From positions 1,041,902-1,105,901 of the forward strand of contig MNCI01000270.1 of the NCBI GenBank assembly GCA_015680685.1: 64,000 nucleotides of DNA. Reading direction: 5' to 3'. Below the pieces are notes generated by a model that ran no database searches, was not told the origin of the DNA, and was given only the letters and a program-made list of their open reading frames with translations. Numbering within the stretch: the stretch's first letter is position 1; each line of letters begins with the position of its first letter. Below, one piece after another: positions 37,505-51,183 of the stretch. The translations under genes and the position numbers were made by a program. The DNA is from Gnetum montanum. Taxonomy: Eukaryota; Plantae; Gnetophyta.

Positions 37505-38443
37505 GTTTGACCAAGTTTAGGTTGTTTTCATGGTCAATAGCTTTCTTAGATTAAAAGCTATATTGTCCATGTAATCATTTAGCATCTCTAAAAGGTAATC
37601 ACTAAAGATGTAGGTCATCACCTGCTGGTATGTGGCTCCTGCATTCTTTAGCCCGAAGGGCATCATTGTGTAGTAGAAGGTTCCCCAAGGAGTCATGAAA
37701 GTAGTTGCTAGCTGATGTTCTGGGTTTATGTGGATTTGGTTGTAGCCTAAGAACCCATCTATAAAGGACAGTAAGGCATAACTAGCTGTAGTATTGATGA
37801 GTTGGTCAATGCTAGGCAATGGAAAGTCATCCTTCATTATTGCCTTGTTCAGATCCCGGAAGTCTATACAAATTTGTATACCTCCTATTTTCTTAGAAAC
37901 GACAATGATGTTTGACACCCATTCTGAATAATCAACTGCACAAATGAACCCAGCCTGGTAAAGTTTAGTGATTTCACTACGTACAGCTAATGCTATCTCT
38001 GGTTTAATCTTGTGGGCTTTTTGTTTAACCACCTTGACACGTGGGTCTAATATGATATTTTGTTGTATGATGTGTGGTTCTAAGCTTGGCATGTCTTCGT
38101 ACAACCTTGCAAACACTTCGGCATTATCATTGAGGACTCTAGAGATGCTTTGTTTGACTTGTGACTCTAGTAACAAGCTAACTTTCAATATTCTCACCTC
38201 CCCTTTGGATGTAGTCACGGGGATTTTGATAAGGGGGTTCTCAATTACATCCCCTACTTCTAAATCTAGAGTTTGGACTAGAAGTTTGGGCCAATCAAGG
38301 GATGTTTCTAAGGACACTATGTTGGTATCATAGGAAGATGGTTCAAAGTCTACCAACTCTACATTCAAGCATCTCGTAAACCTACCATGGGGCCCTGTCA
38401 AAATTAAGGGCAAACAAAGATCATCATGTGTAGTCGTTTTCAA
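37505..38443 (-). pseudogene. pol: T3 reverse transcriptase N-terminal half (308-aa open stretch)
   Basis: SEWVSNIIVV, CIDFRDLNKA, DDFPLP, MPFGLKNAGATYQ, DYMDN. Confidence 0.93.
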
Positions 38444-38964
38444 AGAAACCTACGATAACAAGAAAACAAACAAAGTTAAGTGATACCTACTTAAGAAGGC
38501 AACATGCAATGAAATACATGTGATGCAAGTATAAAATGCTACAAAAAATTGCTAGTTTAAGGTCATAGAAAACCACCACTTGGCTTGAAATATGAAGGGA
38601 ATGCTAAAATTGCCAGTTTAAGGTCTTAGGAAACTGTAACTAAGCCACATTGTAAAAAAAATGAAGTGAAAATTTTACTGCATTTACATGCTACACTGCA
38701 GTAGATCCATGCTATGCTATAGAGGATAGGGATGTTTCATGTCACGTGTGGGGCATGGGACATCATACGTTATGCATGAGACATGGAACACCCTGGAAAG
38801 TAACATGTGTTTTAACCACATAGGTTATAAATAGGGGATTACCTATGGTAATCTTGTCACTTTCACTATCAAAGCTAACACCCAGAGCATAGCATGATTG
38901 AGCTAAGATACAACATAGTAGTCATAGCGTAGTAGTCAATACACCTAAGTTTGTCAGTAGGATG

Positions 38965-41900
38965 ATGGTGTACAAGAGTGAACACAAGTATCAGGGTCTT
39001 ACCAACGTAGATGAAGGGGAGTACACCCTGCGATGTCTCACCAAGGCATGCATTGAGGAATGGCAAGAGGCCCCATCCACCCGATAAGTTGCTATGCTAC
39101 CTTTTCTTTCATGGTGTAATTTATCAAGTGGAATTGTCACTATGGTAACCATGTCTTGGTTGCTATAATCATCACTATTACTATGCAATGAGTGTTGTTG
39201 TTATGGGCTTGTTTGTCACTTTAGCTACTATGTTGTGCCTATTGCCACTCTAGCCGTAGCCACCATGGTGATCACTACGCTATGGCTAGTGCACAACACT
39301 ACCCTAGCCACCATTGTTGGGAATGGGTGATGCACCATGGCAAGGGTTTGGGAGCTTTTGGTAGATGTAGCACACATTCAGCATAGCATACCATCCATGG
39401 AGGGAATTCTACTTTGCAAGGTTTTTTAGGCAGCATAGCACATGTGCAACGTAGCATAGCACATGCAAGGGGAGTTTTCTTTTTTTTTGCATTTTATTCT
39501 ATTAAATTTCATGCAGTGGGACAAGGCTGGGGCAATGGGAATGCTATATGTTCCTTTCCATGTTGTGTCATTTTTTTCATCATGACTGATGGGCTATATT
39601 ACATTTTTGGTGCCTATAACACTATGCTACTACACTGCTATAACTACTATGCTGCTACGTTATGCTGCTACGCTTATTACAGTGTTGTACTTGCTACGTT
39701 GTTATGCTTGTTACATGTCATACTTACTACGCTGCTACGCCATGCAGGGTGTAATCGTCATGCTACGCTACACGTAACGCAACCACTATGTTGTGCAGGG
39801 CATACCTGCTACGCTATGCTACACGTAACGTAGTTGCTATGCTGTGCAGGGTATACCTACTATGCTACACTGCACATAACACTTTGCTATGCTACACGAG
39901 ACTAGTCATGAAAATGGAATCAATACTTGGTGAAAAATTGCATTTGTCTCACCATACCAAGAACATACTATTTCATGCTACGCTATGTTATTCAGTAACT
40001 ATCACTTGAACACTGCACTAACACTTTATGCTATGTTGTGTAGGATCATGTTGAAACCCATCCTGATCATGATTAAGCTGGTAGGAGTTTTGTGCTACCT
40101 AAGTGCCCCGTGGTCAATGTCTCCCTTCCCCATGCATAAGTAAGAGACCAAGTAGTCTAGTTTCAGGAAGGTGCATGGGAGTTCCTAGAGTTCCTCCTTC
40201 GCCACTTCAGTGTGATAGTATGGTCACATTTGTCAGCTGAGATAGTCGTTGTTCTTGTTGAAACATTGTTGCCCGAGGCAAACCGAGGCATCTTGATGTT
40301 TATGGCTAATGGTTCTATTAAAGGCGAAGAGGCCAAGAGCTCAAATCAGCACCCAAAAGGTTTGAGATGCTTGTCTTGGATTTGGGTCATGCCCAAATTT
40401 AAGTGTTATCATAAATACAACACATTGTTCATTGCTCGTCACATGGGAACCTTCTTCCAAAATCCACCTAGGACTGTCTATTGTGATAGTGGGTGAGTCC
40501 TATGAAGATGTTTTAGACATGTTGTATCATTTGTGTTGCATAGTTGAAATGCTTAGTGTACTCTGTATGTTACTAGGTTTGTAATTGACAAGGATGGTCT
40601 TCAAGATCATGAGGGGACATTGGCATTGGCGCAAACAGCCTTACAAGAGTTCTCTTCTGCCAAGAACATGTGCTCTAGCATTATAGAATAACTTAGGGCT
40701 GATTTAAGAACCTATCCAACCAAGTATGCTAAGTTCTATGTCAAATGCGAGGAACTTGGATGGTTGGATGGAAAATGGGTGTCCCACCGAGCACTTACTG
40801 TGGAGGATGTTCTAGTGGAAATCCCATCATTTCCCATGCCATTCACACCCAATGTGTTAGATTATGAACTTTTTCATGTGTTCAAGTGATTGATTTTGTT
40901 TTTTTCCTTTTGTTAATTTTGTTGTTGATTATTACAGTAGTGGTTGAATCCCAAGAGGTTACAATAATCACCTCTAGACATGATGAAACTAACCTCTTTT
41001 TCAAATATGGGGAAGTGGATGAGACACAACGTTGGATATGCAATGGGGCCCCAGCCATTCTTGTTCATAATGTTTAGGAGATTGGGCTCATGGATTTATT
41101 TTTAGTAGTAAATCCAAGTGTCACGGCCGTGGAAATGCTTTCCCTAGTTGATTCTTTTTCCGAAAAGGCTAACTGCTTCTACACATGGGTTCACAATGTG
41201 CAGGTGGTGTTTGAGATTATTGATAGCCTATTTGTAGATCTTTTTAGTGTTCCCTCCAATGGTCTACCTATAGGGAATAAGACTAGAAAGGATGTAAACC
41301 ATAAAGCGGATATAGAAGAATGGCTAGGAACAAGTAAAGATTGAAAGGGGATCTACATGCATAAGGTCAAGCTAGAGGTAGCCCATAAGGTTTACCCTAC
41401 CTTCCAGGCTTGTGCTTTCCCCAAGCTACTCTCCCAAGGAAAAATTCTTGAAGTAGAGCAAGCTTGAATCATGAGGGACATCATGGAAGAAGGGGCTTGC
41501 TATAATTGGGCCAAGTACCTTTTTGAAGGTTTGTGGGCTAAAATGGTTAAGCTTCGTGGGAAGCTTGATGCACATTTCAATGTACACTTTTTCTTCTTCA
41601 TAGCTTGCCTATGATGGTTTGATAAATTCTTGGTGGTCTAAGAGAAAGGAATTTTGGATGCTGCAAGATCACACCTAGATATCCAAACCATGGATCTGCT
41701 AACTATTCTGCACTACTCAATCCCAAGATCCCCCAAAATCTATTAGGGAGTCTCTTTCAATATTGACAAAGGATTAGGTGGGATGACCCTTTCATGCACC
41801 AAACAGCATTGGAGAGGCACCTCCCACTAACGCGAGAAAAGTGCTAAGGGAGGCACGTCTTATTGCTAAAGTAGTGAAGTCATAGTTGTAATGCAAGAAG

Positions 41901-43654
41901 TCTCATCCTATGGAAGAGGCTCCATGCACTAGTAAAGAAAGGGGTAGAAAGTTGCAGATCAAGGTCCGTAAGGTGCAACCTGCATTTTTTGATAAGTATG
42001 TTTAATTATTTTGTTAGTTACCCCTCCCCCTTTGTGTTAGAACAACATGCTTACTTTAGATATGTTTAATGAATGAAGAAGAAGAAGCTTTCGCCCTAAG
42101 GTAAGGGTCCCTGATATAGAAGAGGAAGAGGACCCAGTTGTAGAGGAGGAGGCCCCTACCACAGAGGAAGAGGTCCCTACCACTGATGATCCTTTCATAG
42201 AGTGTGCCCCAGCACCTAAGGGGCATATGAAGGTTGAAGAAACTACCACACTATTGAGTCAACTTGAGGGGGAAGGGCTACAATTTGACATCGGTAAGTT
42301 TGACCATTTTCTTGATATTGTGTCGATCAATGATCCCCCTACTCTTACCCCTAAGCGTTTTCTAGGTTGGAGCTTTGCACTGTCATTTATGTTACTTCTT
42401 ATTTTTTTTGTTCTCCTCTTCACCATGCTAACATTTTTTGTTGCATAGCAGACACCACTATTAAAGTTCCTAATTCTTCTTCTTCAATATGCCTCCAACC
42501 ATGGATAGAGACCCTAGACAAATTTACCTTTATAGAGGGGATGGTTGACAACATGATCAACCACTTAAGGCAGATTGACCTTGAAATAGGTGTGTTTAGT
42601 GGTGCAACACCTACCTTTTGCATTATTATTTTTTTTATTTTGTCATCTTCTCGTGCTTGGCACTTTCTCATATTTGATATCCTAGCTTCCCAGCTTAAGT
42701 AGAATCATAGGCGGGTGGTCAAAGTTGATGTTGTGCCTAAACTCCCACCAGAGCTGACCAAGGTGCCTCACGATGTATACAAGCAAATGAGCAAATGTAT
42801 GCTATACTCGGCACGATCGTTATGGGAGTGTAGGTGCATCAACAAAGACTTCTGGAAGTGGGTCCAGAAGATAGAAAAGGAGAAAGATAGCCAAGCAATT
42901 AAGTTGGAAGATCTACAATCAAGAAATGAATTCTTATTGACCTACAACACTTCTAACGGTAGTTGGCACATGGTTGTGATTGATTACGCAAGATATTGGT
43001 TAGCTATGAGGAGTAAAAATGAGGCCACCCAGGAAATAATTAAGCAATGCTTGTAGATGGATTTACTGGCCTAGAAAAACCAAGACTAGAAATACTACAA
43101 CACCAAGGTGTATGAATGGGGGCAAGCACAAAAAAATCATAAGCACATGTACAAGGTGGAAGGTGCTACCTACCGTCAGAAATATTGGGATGCTTCTATT
43201 GAGTTGCATACCCATAAGTTATTTCTCAATGTGATTAGTGTTGCCAAGGCCTATGAAAAATTTATGCAACAGGTAGTGGTTAGTGAGTCTCCTGAAAGAG
43301 AAATGACCTTACCTTCTGGGAAGACCACGATTGCCACCTTTTCTCTGGGGCCACCCAGATTGATGGTTGTGGAGAAGGAGAAATTTGTAGCGAGCGTTGA
43401 TCTAGGGGAAGAAGATTGGGCCAAATTAACTAAGGAGGAGATTCTATGGCATCTAGTGACTGGCATGGACAAGATATCCCCCAATATGGATGCGAGCCCA
43501 TCTCAGGTTAGCCACTTTCTATTGTATTGTAGTCTACTTCATGAGAGCCTTATTGTAATTCAATTCATTATTTTATTTTTGTTTCATGGAGGACCCAAAT
43601 GAAGGTGTGGGACCTAGTGGAGCAAGAGATGAAGATACTAGCAAAGATTTGTAG
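38965..43654 (+). pseudogene. T3 copy of the 8-exon antisense gene
   Basis: Exon-by-exon homology with T1 (MVYKSEHKYQGL..., exon 2 from 40044, NTLFIARHMGTFFQNPPR, LFSVPSNGLPIG, WECRCINKD, ...DL*). Several donors are mutated GT>AT. Confidence 0.85.
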
Positions 43655-43799
43655 CCTGGTGGCAAAAAAAAATTATTTTTGTCTTTCTATTTTATTTTTT
43701 GTAACCCTTATTATATGGACTCAAATTTAATGAAGAGTAAAAAGTGAAAAAATTATCTCATTTCTTTTGGTTAATATTTTATTAATGTGTTTGGGCCCC

Positions 43800-44115
43800 T
43801 TGTTTTAGTTTAAGGCCATTTTGGGCCATTATGATAGTTTAAAGCCATTTTGGGCCCTTGCTAGTTTAAGGTCACTTTGGGCCATGCAATGTAATTTTCA
43901 AAGGTCAGTTGCCAATTTTAGGCATTAGCAGGCCATGGAAATAGTTTAAGGCCATTCAGATCCGTGGTGATAGTTTAAGGCCATTCTGGGCCATGGCGAT
44001 AGTTTAAGGCTATTCGAGGCCATGGTGATAGTTTAAGGCCATTCTGGGCTATGGTTATAGTTTAAGGCCATTCTTGGCTGTGGTGATAGTTTAAGGCCAT
44101 TCCAAGCCATGGTGC
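43800..44115. repeat. Tandem array with ~6 copies of a 29-bp unit (GGCCATGGTGATAGTTTAAGGCCATTCTG) plus degenerate units
   Basis: Direct inspection. Confidence 0.9.
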
Positions 44116-44246
44116 TAAGATAATTAATGCAAATAATGGTCATGATGCAAACAATGGACATAATGAAAACAGTGAACATAATGCAAAGTCAAAAGGAACA
44201 AGAGTATTCAGGCCAAGCATTCATGGGAATGAATTAGAGATAGTCT

Positions 44247-47200
44247 CTAATGACATAATTGTTTCCTAACCCATTATGGGTTAGGCAAAGCATATGGCTG
44301 AGAAGCTTTATGATGATATTACTCTATGTTGTCATCTGCTATTTGGAAAGGCAACTTAGCCCAAGTGGTTTCTTGGTCTAAGTTGGCAATTTTGAGCAGC
44401 TCATTTGTTGAACATGGGAATTCATTGTGGATGGGTGATACATTTTTAGAGATCTCTATATCTGACCCTTATTCTATGTCTATATTATTTATAGCTTGGG
44501 TGTTGTTTTGTCTCCAAAGATCACCACTTCTCTACCCGCATAGGGTAGGTGGCTTTCTTGGTGTAAGGGTGAAGAGACAACTCTTAATTGGGCTAACCAT
44601 GATCTCCCCAAGATCAAGTTAAACACAGGCATTTCATCCATCACAATGAATTACTCCCTAGTGGAAAACTAATCCCCCACTAGAAAGTTGATGTTAATAA
44701 TACCTTTGACTACGACATGTGCTCCATTAAATGATTTTAGATAGGAAGTTACTATGGTCTTGATTTGATCTACCAGGCCCAACTTGTCAACAATGGGAAA
44801 TGGGATCATGTTAGTGGAAGCCCTGTCATCAATGTGTACTCTACGAATTTTGTATTGACCCACCCAAATCATGATAAACATGGGGGCAATAGTCACTTGA
44901 CCCTTTTCAAGCTCATCCTTGATGGCCTTGTCTTGAAATGTTAATTGGGTTGGTCATGGTTCTTCAGCCATGGGGGGGAAGCATAAATGTGTGGATAGCT
45001 TTCTCCTCATCTGGCATGTTTTTGTTAACAAGAATAGATGCTAACATGCAAACCAAGGCCTCATGATGCACTACACAGGTCATGATTAAGTCATACAAGC
45101 TTAACATTGTATTCTTTTGCTTCAAAGCTCATTTAACTTTCGAAAGTACATCTAGGAAATCTTGTCCATTGTTTGGTTGTTTACTCATCTTTGCTTCTTC
45201 AATACATCCTAACAGGAAAATCTCCCATGGAGGAGTGGGATTAGATTGAATGACAAGTTTTGTTGGCTCAGAGGGCAGTTGTTGCATGTTACCATAGCCT
45301 TTGATGATGAAGTCATGGGCACAACCGACAAAGGGGTGGGCTTAGGGAGGACACATGCAATGCGCTCTCTAGCCAACTTATCCACCAAGCATTCTTCACG
45401 TTTCCTTGGATGGGAACGTTGTGATGTAGTTCCTATCATTGGACCTTGGATTGTAGATGGAGCATATGCTTAGGCACCTTGATAATGAAAGGTTCCTAAG
45501 TTGTTGTCGTAGCAGGTGATGTAGTGTTAACCACAAAAGGTGTCATAGATGTCTGAGGAGGGACTTTAATAACAAATGGGGTTTGGGAAGTGGTTGTTGT
45601 TGATGCTTTAGGGTTGCGGGAAGGTACATGAACCACAAATGGTTCATGTTGCGAGTCTACGTTGTCGTCAATGCCAATGGCATTGATAGTGTAACCTATG
45701 TTGTTAGCATTTAAAGGGTCTTTGTAAACATGCATCGATTGGTTTTCAGGTTAGATAGGATTACTCTCATCCAACACCAACTTACCCTAATCGATCATCC
45801 ATTGAATATCATCCTTTCATGCCAAGCAATAATCTATGTCATACCCGTACACTTGATGATAATTGCAAAAACGCTCAAGTCTAAAGTTCCTAGGTACTAG
45901 TGGGTCATTAGGCATAACCATAGAGGGGTCACGAAGGACTTCATAGTATCTCTGATGTCATTTAAGAGCCTCCTATGACATCCATTTATGTTGAATGCAC
46001 CCAGCTCCCAGCAATTTTTTTAGAAGCTTATATGGCTTGATTGGTAATGGAGTATATTTTGAATGGTCCTTACGCTCAAAATTTGGCCTCGCTGAAGTTT
46101 GGGCGGTAGTTGTTAAGGTTGAAGGTTGGCTAGTGCTACTAGGGCTAAGTGCTGTGTTAGTAGTGGCATGAGTTTTAGATGCTTTATCCATCTATTTACC
46201 CTTGTTAGTTTCATGGGCTACAGTGACCACTGTGGTTGTCGTGGCTTTGTCTCTCTCCTTGTCCTTCTTTATGTGTGTGTTTTTATATGTTACATAGGCT
46301 AGATCCTGACTAGCTTCCACCACATCTTGGATACTCTTGGTTTGAGCGAACACCTAGCTAAGAGAATGCAAGGCCAAGTAGTATAGCTTGGATTTAATGA
46401 AATCATTTACCACACCTTTGAAAATGGCCAGTAGATGGGCCTCGACAATCTATTCACGAATTTCATTTAGGGTAGAGCTCCATCATTGTATAAAATTTTG
46501 CATGGATTCTAATGGCTCTTGTTTAATGCTCATAAGTTGATCCAAAGTGACTTTTGGCTTCAAGTTATACTTAAAGCAAGTCACAAACTGGCTTAACAAT
46601 TCTTCCAATGTTGAGATTTAGGCATGGGGAAGCGCACAATACCAATATAAGGCTTTACCCTTTAAGGACATGGAAAATACATGAATGATGGCATGAGACC
46701 ATGGCTGCAATAGTAGGGATTCAGACCTGAACATAACCATGTGGGCATTCAGGTCACCCTCTCCATTGTATTTTGTGAATTGGTGCAGTTGTACTCTAGG
46801 AGGCAACGTCAGCGCAGGAACAATTGGACTACTTAGGTCATCCTGATAAAAGTCCATAACTTGGACTATTTTTGAGCTAGTGGATTTAACCCATTTAATT
46901 TCATTAGTAAGGGTCTAGATGAGCTGGAAAGCTTGGTCCAGACCTGGGGATGTCACAAGGGATTGTGGGGCTACCAAAGAAGCCATCATTGATGGCACTG
47001 TTGGTGTGGTTGCCATTCCCATTGGGGGTGCTTTTTGAATAACCCCTACTAGTGGTGTCATTTGAGAGGCCCACAACCCAGCAAGTGGTTTTGTTGAAGC
47101 AATTACCATTGGTGGCATTGTGGGTATGGTCATTTGTCCCATGGTTGAAGTGCCCCACAATCCCGTGTTTGATTGTGTTACATGTGGGACTTGGTACATT

Positions 47201-48042
47201 TGCAATTGCACATATTGCTACATATGAGACAGTTGGGTTCTAGGAAAAGAGGTTATTGTTGTCCACCATGTGATCAAGGTTGGACTTGCTACTGATGGTG
47301 GAATGTTTATAGAGCGGGGAATAGGAGCAGAACTTACATGCAACTGTGAGGTAGGCATAGTATGCACATACAGTAGTGTGGGCATTACAAATGTTTGGTA
47401 CGAAGTTAGAATAGACTACAAAGGATGACTAGTGGGAAATGAGGTTGAAGGACCCACATGTTAATGTGTTGACATCATTTGGTGACTACCAATCACCAAA
47501 GAGGGTTTGAGTTGTGGTCGTGTCATGGCAGTAGCAACAGAGGTGGAAAATTGCAGCTAGTGTGAATGGGCAATAGAGATCGAAGGGACTGTTGTGGCAT
47601 AAACTAGACCACCACCATCTGAGTGGGAGTTTAACTCCTCTTGGTCATCTTGAAAGGGTTCATCATAGTGGAACGTTGCGTCCTGTTCTCTTGACCTACT
47701 TAATTGTATAAGTTGGTTTAGCACCCAATGATATGTTTCGGTCAGTGAGATAGTGGTATCAAGAGTGGGAATGAACTCCCTCCCATTCCGATGGATGAAC
47801 TCAAAGTTACATTTTTCTTCAGATTTGTGATGGTCCAATGGTATATTTGCTTGAATTTTTGCACACAAAAAATTATATCACTCTTCGTCTTGGGACAGAC
47901 ATTCAAGTGATTGGTGTTGTAGCTTAAGGGACTGTTGTTGTACTAGCACTAGGCTGGGTGGTCACTCAGGACCTACCATATGTTGGAGAGAATAGGATAC
48001 CTTCAAGTTTTAGGTGGAAACTGAAGTTGTTGTAGGATTCAT
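44247..48042 (-). pseudogene. gag: T3 gag-protease
   Basis: FTKYNGEGDLNAHMVMF, FCNYHQVYGY, RVHIDDRASTNMIP; stop at the same place as T1. Confidence 0.9.
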
Positions 48043-48795
48043 CTTTTCTATGTGAGAGAGGTGTAAGAGGAAGAGATACGTGTAAGAAACAGTTGGAAAA
48101 TAGTGTGTTTTCATGCTAAATGGTAGTGTAACATAGTGGATAGCATATCGTAGTGGATAGCATCATGCAATAGACAGTGTAGCATAGTGGAAGCACTACA
48201 CTGATAGGGTTGCTATGCAGCACAGAATGTAGGTAGCATAACGTAGTGGATAGGTAGCATAGTATAGTGGACAATGTAGGAACTGCTACATTGATAGGGT
48301 CGCTATGCTGCACGAAATGCAGTTAGTTTAACACAATAGATAGATAGCATAATGGAGTAGATAGTTAAAGAACCACTACATTGGCAGAGTTACTATGTTA
48401 CACAAAATGCTAGTAGTGTAACATAGTTGACTGAGTAGACGGTCTAGCATAACACAATAGATAGTCACCGTAACACAATAGAATGTTTGGAAACCACTAT
48501 GCTGGTAAGGTCATTATGCTACACAGAATGTTGGTAGCATGACACAATAGAAAATTTTGGACTTGCTATGCTAATAGCAACATCATGCTACATGGGAAAT
48601 AGGTGGTGAAACGCAGTAGACTATTTCAGGCTTTCGACCTATAGGGTTCTAGAGGAACCATCGTGGCGACCAATCTGCACCACTTGGTGTGTAAACAACC
48701 ATAGGGGTGTCATGTCTACACTAGTAGGCCGCAAGTGACAAGGTACAAACAACATGCAGGATTACCCATGACACACAGAAGGGACATAGAGAAGG

Positions 48796-48812
48796 CCCTC
48801 CTTCTAGTGCCA
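48796..48812 (-). promoter_or_regulatory. PBS, tRNA-Asn (T3)
   Basis: CCCTCCTTCTAGTGCCA, 16/17 match to the tRNA-Asn 3' end. Confidence 0.88.
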
Positions 48813-48818
48813 AAAAAT

Positions 48819-51183
48819 TGTAACATCCGAAAACATCAGTAGCTAGAACACTGAGAGGTTACTGGGCGTACAGTCTAACCCAAGATCCGTGTGAGGGCCA
48901 TGCTAGAGAAGATGGAAATGAGGTGCCCTAAATAGTCTGGTTGATCAGATAGGGACTTACAGAGTGTACAATAACCTTTCATGAACAATGGTTTTAAAAT
49001 GTTATGCATGGAGATTAAGAAGAAGAAAATCGTAGGACACAGAATAGTAAAAGCATAGTAGAATATGTAACTAATGAATAAACTTGAACCAATACACAAT
49101 GATGCAAAATATATGCTATAGAAAAATGCAATGAGCTTAAGTGAGAGAATGCACTGCCCCAAAATTTTTGGAATTTGATCTTTGTTTAGCTGAAGAAGGT
49201 GTACAACTAACATGCAATGTTGGATAGGCACAGCTAACAACAAGATAGTATGGTCACAGCTCCTGGATTGCTACAAATGTCCTGCTAACAAGAACTAATG
49301 AGCTAGTGCATGTTGGGCTGAGAGAGATCTAGGAAGTGCTTCTACTGGGGTTTGTAGTTCCTCAACCTTCTGCTTGCCAACCTCCTTGCCAAAGCCAACC
49401 TCCAAAAAGCCAATTTCCAAAATGCCAATCTCTAGAAGTCAATCGCAAGAAAGCCAAATCAAAAAGCCCACCCTTTGAATGTTGTTTGTTGGGGTCTTTA
49501 TAGAGCCAAGAGTAGGAGAGAGACGTGTTTTGGATGCCAAGTGTCCTAGGTCCCACAGGGTGTAAACATGGATGTGCTATGCTACCATGTGGTGCTACAC
49601 TGCAAAGTTATGCTACAATGCTATGTTGAGTGGGACGAGGCTAGAAGTGAAACCTGCTAAGCCGTGACCATACCATTCAAACTTCATGTGCCAGAATCTA
49701 GGGAAATAGCATTTTTTTATAAAAAAATGCTAACATCAAATGTAAAATGGAGCCTACGCTCCAGGACTACGTCTTCCCTTCTCTTGCAGGTAGGATCAAG
49801 CATAGGAACAACTTTAGGAATCAACAAGGGGTGAAAAACAAAGAAAACTAGGGATCTTATCTATCGAGGACATGCTAGAGCAGAAATGACGATTGCCAAC
49901 AAGTTTTGGAGCTACTGAAGATGTCCTGAGGCTTCTCTACAAGTGTTACACTATCTACGCTACCCAGCATAGCAACATAGCGTAAACACTTACACGGTAT
50001 GTTGTGCTACACTACATAGCGTAGCATAGCGTAGCATAGCGTAGCAACGTGTATTGCGATCAATCTTGTCTAAAAATTGAAAATACCCCTCTGAGGCCTG
50101 GCTAGGAAAGCTATCTCAGCAAACAAAAATTACACTTTTCATGTTGAAGAAGCCTGAGACTCCCTAGTTTCATCCTTGAGACATTTTTAGCCTCAATGTC
50201 CTTGCTAGGCTATGTTACACTGTGCAGCGTAGCATAGTGTAGTAGCCACTATGACATAAATTCTTGCTTAATCTGTGATGCTTTATCAAGAAATTTTGAT
50301 CAGGACCCAAGGGCGAAGTGGTATAGCTAGTCTTGGAGGTCTAAGTATGGCCAAGTGCAATTATTTTGCTAGAATAACTTGACAGAGGACCTTCGTGCAT
50401 TCTGACCCTGCTATGCTGTGCTACGTTGTGTAGCATAGTACCTAGTTTGGCCTAGATTTTGACTCATTTTGCAAATGTTCTATCATGGGATGTTAATCAT
50501 GTCCTAGGGTGGTAGTAGAACAAGCATTTTTTATGGTTGAAATGGGAAATTTTGTTTCCCATGTTAAGATAGTTTGGGAAAATATTGTCATGTCCTGCTA
50601 TGTTGTGCTACACTGTGTAGCATAGCACAATGTAGCACCCAAAATGGGACAAATTTTGTGATATTTGCCATGTTTTTTTCTATGTTATGCTAATCACACT
50701 TCAAGGATGAACCAATGTAGACTCCTTTAAGGATTGAACATCTACCAACTACATCTTCTACATCTGATCAGTTACCACAAGGCCTGCTACACTGTGTAGT
50801 GTAGCATAGTGTAGTAGGTCCCATCATTAGAAAACATGCCGAACTATTTAGTCCATCCTAAACACCTTTGAAAACTCCTAGCATGGTCCCTAGGTAGACT
50901 ATCAATCAGGTAATGTGTCAAGATAGGCAAGCTAGAGAGTGTAGCAAGCTTCTCAGCCCAGGAGATAGAAAATTTTCCAGATTGTACGATCTACCTTCAA
51001 TGCTCCATTTGTGTGAACTAGCTCTGCAACTGGGCACTATGCTGACTGTGGTGAAGATCGTAGCAAGCACACTCGAACATAACCTTGTAGGAATTAGGAC
51101 TTCTAGTGTGTTAAACCATTTGTGTGATCCATCATGGTATTACACCCAGAGAATCATGATGGCCCAAAATTGATGGTGTTTCA
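48819..51183 (-). repeat. T3 5' LTR (~2.37 kb)
   Basis: Intact TG...CA termini (TGTAACA...TGATGGTGTTTCA); colinear with the T1 LTR. Confidence 0.9.

Larger units (their letters stand above)
37505..51183 (-). mobile_element. Tat-like copy T3 (T1 subfamily), truncated within RT
   Basis: Colinear with T1 from RT to the 5' LTR, including the antisense gene. Confidence 0.9.
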